Of a DNA stretch of 40,486 nt, positions 19,793 to 28,900 are shown in pieces (positions within the stretch are counted from its first letter, which is position 1; each line of letters starts with the position of its first letter). Source of the stretch: a virus (taxonomy: Duplodnaviria > Heunggongvirae > Uroviricota > Caudoviricetes); the IMG/VR virus record IMGVR_UViG_2563366903_000009, positions 1 through 40,486 of that record; one strand, written 5' to 3'. A program made the translations under genes and the position numbers. The notes below the pieces were generated by a model. That model worked only from the letters and a program-made list of their open reading frames with translations. It ran no database searches and was not told the DNA's origin.

Positions 19793-19891
19793 GATTTGAC
19801 AAATCCGCATTAACGGGGATATATTCCGCTCCATGGTGCTGAACACACCTTCGAAAGCGGAAACCGCGCCCGTCAGTCATGCGGATTTTTT
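19793..19891 (+). promoter_or_regulatory. Leader cassette 2 upstream of antirepressor 2: same palindrome over -35, -10 TATATT, hairpin and T6 tract
   Basis: GATTTGACAAATC (19793-19805), TTGACA-N18-TATATT (19820-19825); GCGGaaaCCGC (19857-19867), then GCGG and TTTTTT (19886-19891). Confidence 0.45.
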
Positions 19892-20041
19892 ATGTCCATT
19901 TTTCAGATATGGTCGGGTAGCGCGTATACCGAAAAACAGCCGTAAGGCTAAGGATGCGGGCCGAACTTTCGACGGTGTTCAAGTACCCGACCGCCCTGCT
20001 GAACACGGGGTGATCTGAACGAATCGAAAGGACATAAAACT

Positions 20042-20674
20042 ATGAGCACTCAACTTGTATTCCACAATGTTCAATTCCAGACCGTTCAACGAGATGGTCT
20101 ACTGTGGTTGTCTGCCCCCCAAATAGCCAGCGCGTTACAATATGCAGATCAAAGCTCGGTAACACGCATCTATGCCCGTCACGCAGATGAATTCACAAAC
20201 GGTATGACAGCCTCGGTCAAATTGACCGATCCTAAAGGGGACAAGCAAGAGACTCGCATCTTCTCATTACGCGGCGCTCACCTAATAGCGATGTTTGCTC
20301 GAACTCCAATAGCAAAAGAGTTTCGTCGCTGGGTATTGGATATTCTGGACCGTGAAGCTGAAAAAAGCGCTATACCGCCACAACCTCATATTCAGCCTCA
20401 ATTCACAGCAGAAGACATCATCCTGCTCTGCTACGTTCAACTCTGGATGGAAAAAGCACAACAACTCAGTAAACAGCTATACCCCGTCATGAGAGAACTG
20501 AACTCTGATTACTATGGAAAGCTGTTTGATCTGGCCTACGAAACTCGTCATATAACCAACCGGACTCGCGACACATTGCTCCGCGAAGCAGCAAAACTTG
20601 ATCCCGCCAACTATACGGTGCACAGGGCCAGAAGTATGCTGGCGCAACTAAGAGCAAGACAATTTGAATTCTGA
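20042..20674 (+). CDS. Phage antirepressor, Bro-N-type N-terminal domain with shared Ant C-terminal domain
   Basis: MSTQLVFHNVQFQTVQRDGLLWLSAPQIASALQY... (Bro-N-like); C-terminal QPQFTAEDIILLCYVQLWMEKAQQLSK...LRARQFEF paralogous to antirepressor 1. Confidence 0.7.
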   Translation: MSTQLVFHNVQFQTVQRDGLLWLSAPQIASALQYADQSSVTRIYARHADEFTNGMTASVKLTDPKGDKQETRIFSLRGAHLIAMFARTPIAKEFRRWVLDILDREAEKSAIPPQPHIQPQFTAEDIILLCYVQLWMEKAQQLSKQLYPVMRELNSDYYGKLFDLAYETRHITNRTRDTLLREAAKLDPANYTVHRARSMLAQLRARQFEF

Positions 20675-20678
20675 AACC

Positions 20679-20701
20679 AAAGGAGCTTCGGCTCCTTTTT
20701 T
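20679..20701 (+). terminator. Intrinsic terminator after antirepressor 2
   Basis: GGAGC ttcg GCTCC (20682-20695) followed by T6, 8 bp after the stop codon; A-run on the 5' side. Confidence 0.7.
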
Positions 20702-20721
20702 CATGCCTGAAGGAAAGGAAA

Positions 20722-20943
20722 ATGGCAGATATCATCGACAATGCCGCTGAAATCGAAGAATTGCAGCGCAATCTCTCCCTGCAAAAATACAAATCCGATA
20801 GTAATGCCCCATCTGCTACTCATTGTTGCGAGTGTGGCGATCCGATAGATGAGCGGCGACGCCAGGCTGTTCGCGGATGCCGAACTTGCGCCAGTTGCCA
20901 GCAGGATATTGAACTTATCAACAAACAGAGAGGTGTGAAGTGA
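20722..20943 (+). CDS. TraR/DksA-family C4 zinc-finger protein
   Basis: 73-aa ORF with CCECGDPIDERRRQAVRGCRTCASCQ four-Cys motif; RBS AGGAAA upstream. Confidence 0.7.
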   Translation: MADIIDNAAEIEELQRNLSLQKYKSDSNAPSATHCCECGDPIDERRRQAVRGCRTCASCQQDIELINKQRGVK

Positions 20944-21224
20944 GCATAGACACCACTATAACGATCGATACGGCCCTCAACACAGGTCTGGCGCTTCTTG
21001 GTTATTTTTACATTATGTTCTGCGCCGGGCGGTGGCTATCGCTGTTGTTACTGAAAAAATGGAATAAATGCCGTAAGCAGGATCAACGCCAGAAGGCAAT
21101 GAATGCGTTTTCCGAAGCCTTCGGGATTGACAGCATGGAGCCAGGAGGTCCAGCTCGCGTAATTAGCAGAGGTGACGTTGTAATTCTTGTATACCGGAGC
21201 GAAGAGAAAAATGAGCGAGATTAA
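20940..21224 (+). CDS. Small hypothetical membrane protein
   Basis: GTG start overlapping the TraR stop (GTGA); predicted TM segment LALLGYFYIMFCAGRWLSLLLL. Confidence 0.4.
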   Translation: MSIDTTITIDTALNTGLALLGYFYIMFCAGRWLSLLLLKKWNKCRKQDQRQKAMNAFSEAFGIDSMEPGGPARVISRGDVVILVYRSEEKNERD

Positions 21225-21909
21225 CTATCAGGTACTGCGTGAAAAGGCAGAAAAAGCAACGCGTGGTGAGTGGTCGCTCGAATATGGAGAGAACCGATTT
21301 GATGGTGATGATGCACTAATTCATCGCGAGGCTGCTGGATATATTCCCATTTGCAGAATTGAAGGAGCACATCCTGAAAGCGGTTTCGATGAAGATTTCC
21401 AAATGGAACAGCAGGCCAATGCTGAATTCATCGCCGCAGCCAATCCGGCTACCGTGCTGGCACTGCTGAATGAACGGGAAAGAAACCAGCAATACATCAA
21501 ACGCCGCGACCAAGAGAACGAGGATATTGCGCTTACTGTTGGGAAGCTGAGAGTTGAGCTTGAGGAGACAAAATCAAAACTCAACGAGCAGCGTGAGTAT
21601 TACGAAGGTGTTATCTCGGATGGAAGTAAGCGCATAGCAGAACTGGAAGCACGGGAAATAAAACCAGCCAAAGGCGAAGTTCTTGTCGTTGTATCTGGTT
21701 TTACTGGTTGCGGGAAAAGCGCCATTGCCGGGGAAATAGAAATTGCGATGAAAGCTATTGGTGTGCCGGTTCTATGGACTAATGGCGATGCGGAAAAGCG
21801 CATGACAGGAGCTGACTGGCTGACAGCGATTGAGATGTACAAACCAACAGTGCGCATCGTGGAAGTTAATGTGCCACGCGCTGCTGGCATTCGCATCAAA
21901 GGAGAGTGA
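21211..21909 (+). CDS. Ea22-like early protein
   Basis: MSEINYQVLREKAEKATRGEWSLEYGENRF... with central coiled-coil-like region; assignment by resemblance to lambdoid Ea22-type N-termini. Confidence 0.5.
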   Translation: MSEINYQVLREKAEKATRGEWSLEYGENRFDGDDALIHREAAGYIPICRIEGAHPESGFDEDFQMEQQANAEFIAAANPATVLALLNERERNQQYIKRRDQENEDIALTVGKLRVELEETKSKLNEQREYYEGVISDGSKRIAELEAREIKPAKGEVLVVVSGFTGCGKSAIAGEIEIAMKAIGVPVLWTNGDAEKRMTGADWLTAIEMYKPTVRIVEVNVPRAAGIRIKGE

Positions 21910-21910
21910 G

Positions 21911-22522
21911 ATGACCACTATTACCAATAAGAAACAGTATCCCAGCGAGCAATATCTTAATGAGCTGATCACCAACATAGAGTTTGCTGCAAGGGCACCA
22001 GTTGAAGTCGTGAGAGCAATGGCAGCAGAGCTACAGAAGCGGCGCGAAGCTGATAGTGCAGAACCTGTAAGCCAAACTTACAGGTTGCCACAAACGCAGT
22101 TTGAACAGGTTGCTGACCTCTACGAAATGCAATTTGATGACGGACGCACTTGCGCCTTTCACACTGATGCACAAAAGGCTGCGCAATGGCTTCAGGCATG
22201 CGACGGAAACAGGGTTCAGGAATACGTGAAACTGGAGCGACTGCAGAACGCGCTATCGGACAACTATCCGGTAACTCCGGATGGTTGGATAAGCTGTAGT
22301 GATCGAATGCCAGAAATGGGAGAGCGACAATACTATGTGTTAGCAGCTGACTTTAAAAACAACTACCCACCAAGCATCCCCAACACTCAGGTCGGCGTAT
22401 ATGGCGACTGGTTTAATGATGGCAATCCCACTTGGGATGACGGTGATGGCGAAGACCTGCATCTCAAAGAAGTAACCCACTGGATGCCGCTACCAGAACC
22501 GCCGAAGGAGGTACGCCAATGA
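21911..22522 (+). CDS. DUF551-domain protein
   Basis: C-terminal WISCSDRMPE...VTHWMPLPEPP signature; ATG at 21911 preceded by GGAGAG, immediately after the upstream gene stop. Confidence 0.6.
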   Translation: MTTITNKKQYPSEQYLNELITNIEFAARAPVEVVRAMAAELQKRREADSAEPVSQTYRLPQTQFEQVADLYEMQFDDGRTCAFHTDAQKAAQWLQACDGNRVQEYVKLERLQNALSDNYPVTPDGWISCSDRMPEMGERQYYVLAADFKNNYPPSIPNTQVGVYGDWFNDGNPTWDDGDGEDLHLKEVTHWMPLPEPPKEVRQ

Positions 22523-22608
22523 CCTAGCCTGAAGCATTTGCAATTGTAGTGGCTGCCATTTCGATCGCACTGATTGTTTTTGTGATTTGCCGCTGGGGGT
22601 AAAATAGT

Positions 22609-22800
22609 TCACCTGCATGGAGATTTGATGCCGGGGAATTGTGGGGGAGCATTCAAACCTCTCCCCTTCCCGGTTAAAGACTCCATTGCTTTGCGGTCAG
22701 AGAGATACATCAGCTTCATCAGCTTAATGAAACGCATAGATCCGCCATGCTTTTTCAGCAAATACGCTGCCATTTGCGCAACTTTTTCTTCATTAAACAT
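22609..22800 (-). pseudogene. Truncated Panacea-domain (DUF4065-like) gene fragment
   Basis: 63-aa ORF MFNEEKVAQMAAYLLKKHGGSMRFIKLMKLMYLSDRKAM... matches the N-terminal signature of Panacea-domain proteins but stops with only about 85 bp left before the convergent DUF551 gene. Confidence 0.4.
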
Positions 22801-22923
22801 AAATCGGCTCTCTGTCTCACATGAAATACTCTTTCTGACTATATGTTAATAGCTCCGGTTATAACAGGTTAATGTGTGTTTATTTCTTAATCAGCCCCGC
22901 ACTTCCGTACGGGGCCATTTCTG

Positions 22924-25900
22924 TTAATCCACTCCCACTTTTTTGTTGTACTCGCGGTTAAACCGATCCACGGCAATTTTCATATCCCGCTCTACCGATT
23001 TCACCATCGCCGACTGTTGCGCCAGACTGAGAGTACTGTCGGCGTAAATGGCATCACGTTGTTTACGCAAATCCTTCAGTCTCTTCCGGGTATCCTGCAT
23101 AAGCCCGTTCATCGACAATTTTCCGTTGTTCTCGTCAATGAATGCCGTTCTTTCTGCACCGGTCAGACTCTTCAGCTCTGCGTGGTACTGCGCAACCTCC
23201 GTCATCCGGTCATACATCTTCTGCTGGTCAGCATACGGCATCACCTCACCCGAAATTTTCCCCAGGAAGGGCACCTGCTGCTCCGGTATATCAATACCGT
23301 TCAGCGATTTCACCGCCGCATCTGTGGTTTTGGAAATGAAGCGCCCTGTCCCTCCGGAGATATAGTCAATCCAGAATTTCAGCGATTCCGGTGTGATATC
23401 CACCGCGCCGGGACGATACTGGCTGCCACCTGAGAACGCATTCAGCCAGGATGCAAACGCCTTGTACGCCTCAGGCGTTGAACGTCTGCCCAGCTGGCTG
23501 TCCGGTTTCGGTGTGCCAAATGGCATGTTCTCCTGGTAAATCTGCGCCCCCATGAAGTTTTCATTCATGGCAAGGTTCGCAAACGGACGCAGAATGGTCG
23601 GCGCTGCATTTTTCAGCAATGCCCCGGACAGTGTTTCCGACGTTTCACTGCCCACAGGACTGAATGCCCCCAGGATACCACCGACAACATTACCGGCAGC
23701 ACGTGAAGCAGTCAGGTCGCCCGCTGCCACACCTTCAGCAGTATGCCCGAGCAGGAAGAAAACGTTGTACCCGTAAGGCAGAGGAATACTCCAGTACTCT
23801 CCGGCCTTGCCCCCGAACACCGATTTCATAATGACGAGGTTACGCTCTTTCACATGAGACGGCACCTTGTCATACCAGTTAACCCCGTCATCATCCTCCC
23901 CCGCAACACTGCGGTTAAGCGAGCCAAGCAGATAACCCGCTCCCACAGCTGCAAGCGCGATTTTCTGCGGTACATTGAGATTCTTCCAGCGAAGGCGCTC
24001 CGGTAACGGCCCGTCGCCATTAAGATGTCCGAGCGTTCTCACCAGGTTTGCGGTCCCCTGAATGCTGGCGTTGGCAAACATATACAGCGAGTTCATCAGC
24101 GCTCCCTGCTCACCACGACGGTTAAAGTTCACCGTCATGTTTTTGGCAAGAGACGCCGCCTGCTGGCGTGACAAACCAGCATCACGGGCGTGTTTATAGG
24201 CAGAAAGACGCAGAGCGTTTTCAACCGCCCCGTTGGCATCCTCGACAAGGTTAAGGAACGAATTCCATGCACCGATACTCTGGCCTTTCCATCCGCCCTT
24301 CGCCAGCGACACAAGGCGATCCATTTCCTTCTGCTGGCCCTCAAGGTCACCCATGTTAAACCAGCCGGTTTTACCTCCGTCCTCAACAAACTCTTTCCAC
24401 ACTTTCTGCCACTGTGCGCCTTTGCCCGTGAGGGTTTTGCCACGCAGACTGGCGTACACGGCTGACATTGCAGAACGGCTGTCTTTGACTACAGCCAGGG
24501 CGGATAAGTTATCCAGCCCTTTCAGTTTACCGTCGCTCCTTCCCTGCTCCGCCTTCAGGTTCATCACCGCCGTCTGCACGTCACGGATGAAGTTACTGAC
24601 CAGAAATTCCGGGTTATACGACGTGTTCACCGTTGCCAGGAAGCGGTTAACTTTCCCCAGCGTACGGATTACGGCGTTACTGGTTTCCGGCCCCATGTTC
24701 TTCATCGCACGCATCAGGCGCGGATCATGAAGTTTAATGTAGTAAGTTTTGCCGTCCTTTTTGGTGGTGAAGTAGCGATCCGCCATCATTGCCATCGGCA
24801 CAGGGCGCTCGACAACTTCGCGAATGGTTTCACCAGTTTCCTGGTCCTTGCGCTCTGCAATCACACGCATTGTATCCGGTCTGTCATCAGTGAATACCTG
24901 CCAGTAATCCTTGTCGGGATTATCCTGTACCAGTTTCAGGAAGGCGTTACCCACTTCATTTTTGCGATTGCGGATCAGCGATTCACTCAAATCCTGTATC
25001 GCCTGAGTGGAAGGAGACTGTGCGCGGGATGCACGCCCCATGGCCTGCTTACTTTCACGCCCGCCGATGGTGAATCCCTTGCCTGTACGTGGCTGTGACA
25101 CCACACCGTCAACATCCTGCCCTTTCAGGGGGACGTAGTAACGGTAGGCTTTCTGCCAGGCATCCACCACGCCGCTCTCTTCCAGTCCTGCCTCACGGAT
25201 AATCTCACGGCGACGGGCCAGCATATCGTCAATAATCCCTGCCAGACGGTCATACTGTGCCTGTTTGCCGCTGTTACGCACACGCTGCATGATTTCCGCC
25301 GCTTCCGCGTTGGTCATCCCCGAACCGCCGTCCGGCATTTTCGGGTTGATTTTCGCAATATGCGCGTTACGTTCCGGCGCGTGACGGGCGTAGAGGTACT
25401 CATCCAGATCGGCCTGCGCAATTTTGTAGTCCGCCAGCAATTTGGCCAGCGGCTGAACGTAGCGCTCCTTCATTACGTTCAGGTCGTTTTCCGCCTTCCC
25501 GTGGAAGAGTTCTTCTGCCATATAAGCGTTGTTACTGTCGTCCACTTTGCCGCCAGTTTTACGGATATTCTCCTGAACAGCTTTCAGCACCTGGAATTTA
25601 TCCTGCATCTGGCGCACAAAACGCGATGCAATAGTCTCTTCCGGTGTCAGACTGCTGGTACGGGAGTAATACGGCCCCTTGCGAATATCCTCAGGATGTA
25701 GTATTTTAAATCCAGAAGAGCCGTTGATGGTGTTCGCCTCGGGCAATTGGAGCCCGACTGCATGAAGCCATTCAGCGGCTTTTTCTTTATTAAGATACAG
25801 CAAAGATGTATCAAGCTGATCCTGCAAAGCACTCCTTTTGTCCTTTCCATAGGCACTGGCAATTTTGTTTATCTCTGCAAATCCATCGCCTTTCACATGG

Positions 25901-28900
25901 GTATGAATTGCAACAATGACAGGATTCCCTTTTGTATCGGTCGCCTGAATTAAAGATACCAACGCATCCGATTCAGTTTTCGAACGCATAACTGCTACCG
26001 GATCTGTCAGAAGTTGAGGCAAATCAGCCAGTGTTTCCACTGACACAAAGTGTTCTCTGATCTCTGGTCTCGTAGCCTTATGCACAACAGATGCAGGCAT
26101 AACCAGTTCAAGATCTGGTGCCCCCAATGCGCGCAAAACACGAGGCGTATCCCCAACTCTGAGCATTTCCCTTCTGGAAACCGATTGTAATCCGGCAATG
26201 CGACGCACTTCTGAAGCAAACTGCTTTGCATCATAGGCGTCAGCCTTAAACGGATCAGGTTTACCACTACGGGAGTACTGAGACGATGCGCCCGCGCCAT
26301 CCTCACGCGGCGTGTAACCTTCCCGCACACGCTGGCCTAACGTACGGATGGTCTCGCGAACAAGTCTGATATCGTTCAGTTCCGTCGGCTTCAGTAACCC
26401 CGTACGACGCAGTACCCCTTTGACCAGGGCAACAACACGCTCCCATGCCGCCACGAATTTATTCGGCTGTTTCTCCGCCATATGTGCCAGAAATTCACCC
26501 GCCTGCACTTCCGGTGATTCCTTACCATAGGACGCATCAACCTTACGCCAGGCTTCACGGATGGTGGCGTTATCACTGTCGCGGGTTTTCAGCACGGTTT
26601 TGATGATCGTCTGATATTCCGCTGGCGTGACAACATGCTCCATGGCATGGTGGATAATCTCGTGACGCAACTTCTCGCGTACGGTCCGCCCGTCAGGGAT
26701 GTTATCCGCCACCAGGACAATTTCACGTTTATCCGGACGATAGAACGCGTGCACCTTGCCGTAACCGTCGAATGATTCACCCGCCAGTGCTTCAGCCTCT
26801 TTCTGTGACTTCACCACGCGGACCTTCAGGTCACTGTCCTTAATGCCACTAATCACGCCACGGGCAACCGCTTCAACCTGCGGGACCGGGCTGCCTTTGG
26901 CTTCCGCACTGCGGTTAACATCCGAAATGAGATTGCCTTCAGGTGTGCGGGTCACGCCCTTACGGGAATAAAACGCAACGCCCTTGTCCGTCTCACGGGT
27001 TTTCAGGGTGCGGAACAGGTGATCGAATGCCTCACGAATGCCACCATCCAGTTCCGCATTCGTCGGATAAGCGTAGGTGTTATCTGTGTTGTGCTCAGGT
27101 GCCTTACGGATATTGACCAGATAATCATTCTCCACGCCAGCCGTACGCGCCTTATCCTGAACATAACGCTCAAAGGCACGTGCCGCCATTTCAACATCCG
27201 TTGACCAGTACGGTTTTGAGCGCACCTCATCGAGAAGAGCTGAACGACGCGGCATGTCACTGTTTTTAATGGCCTCAATGACACCTTTAAACGCGTCGTA
27301 AACCTCCTGACGCACCGGATATTCAGCGTCAACAAACCTGCCGTCTTTAAATACGCGCTTAACACGCCTGGCTTCCGTCATAAAGTCACCACCTGACGTA
27401 ATCTTCCCGTCAGTGGAAACATCATAACGACCAAAATAATTATCCAGTGAATGGAACCATTCGTGCGCCAGCGCACCCGGTCCGTTACCTTTTGTCAGGT
27501 TGATTGCCACCTCACCCGGCTCATAGTGTGCTGCCGCCTTACCCTTACCACGGGCACCAAATGCCAGGCCAAGACGACCGTTCAGGGAAAGCGCTTTTGT
27601 CGGTACATTCAGTACTTCAGCAAGGTCATGCAGCGAGTCATAAGCCCGGTTCAAATCAGCCTGACGACGCGGACCTTCCACGTAGTTACCAAACTGCACA
27701 CCACGAAAACCAAACGCATCGCTGAACTGCTTCGGTGAGACATCACCCTTGCGGCGTTCTGGCCCGGTACGATCGCGGTTGGTGGCGTTACGCTGCTCCT
27801 CACGGGAAATCTCACGCATCTCCTTCACATGACGAACAAGCTCATCACGATGTGAATCAATGTACTTACGCGCATCACTGGCTGACTTAAAGCCACCTCT
27901 CACCCGCATTTTGTTTTTGCCGTAAGCAATAAAAATATCGCCACTGCGGGTATTCCGGTATACGTCAAAGCTGATTTTGTCATCCGGTGACGGTGCTGTT
28001 TTTTCATCACCTTTCGCCTGTGATTTTTCCTCCTGCTCTGCAAACCAGGATTTTGCCTTTGTCAGTAATTCATCCCTGCTTTCCGAGAAAAAGAGATTGC
28101 TCCCCTTATTGTCCTTATTGCGCAGTGAATAAAGTTTCCGTGGCGGATCGTAACGTTTCCCTCCTGCCGCCTGATACACACCGGATACCACCCGATAAGC
28201 AGAAGCCTTGTCTATCTGCGAGGGTGGCAGCGTGCGTAACAGTTGCCATGTGTCCGCGTAACGGGCGGGCATTCTGCCTTCCATCCACTCAGCAAGCCGT
28301 CCGGCAGTCACTTTTCCTTCCAGCATTCCCGCCACACTTGTGCGGATGCTCTTTACACTCTCCACCCACTTCACTGCATTGAGTTTCGTCTTCGCCGGAA
28401 TATCGCTACGATACAGCGCTATCATTGCCAGGGTATCAGCATCGGCACCTTCGTTCGCCAGTTTTGCGTAGTCCGGTTTCGGGAACAGTTTGCTCAGCGG
28501 TTGCGTGACATAATCCCTGTCTTCCAGCGTTTTACCCAGTGTTTCGGCAAGCTGTGCATAACGGTGTTTTGCCGCGCCCTTAATCTCCTCGCCAAAGTCT
28601 TCAATTTTTGCACCACGCGCCTGCTGGTGAGTGCTCGGTTTATCTACCGGCACCGGCACCGGCACCTCAGTATCCGGAACATCGGTTATGGTCTGGCGAT
28701 TATCCCCGGTCTGTCTGCGCGCTTCTGCCTGCTGTGCCAGTTCCGGAAGGGAGTCACGAACCATACGAGGGAGTGATTCAGGATGTGGCATATCAACCCC
28801 ACGCTGTTCAGGTGCAGGAAGTCCTTCACGCACTGGTGCTGTGGCGTTCTGCTCATCCGGTGACGGCAGACCACGACGAACCGGTTCGCTCTCCAGTATT

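Noticed and set aside
22625-22849. Plus-strand 74-aa ORF
   Set aside because: Antisense to the Panacea-like fragment; no RBS or recognisable motif.
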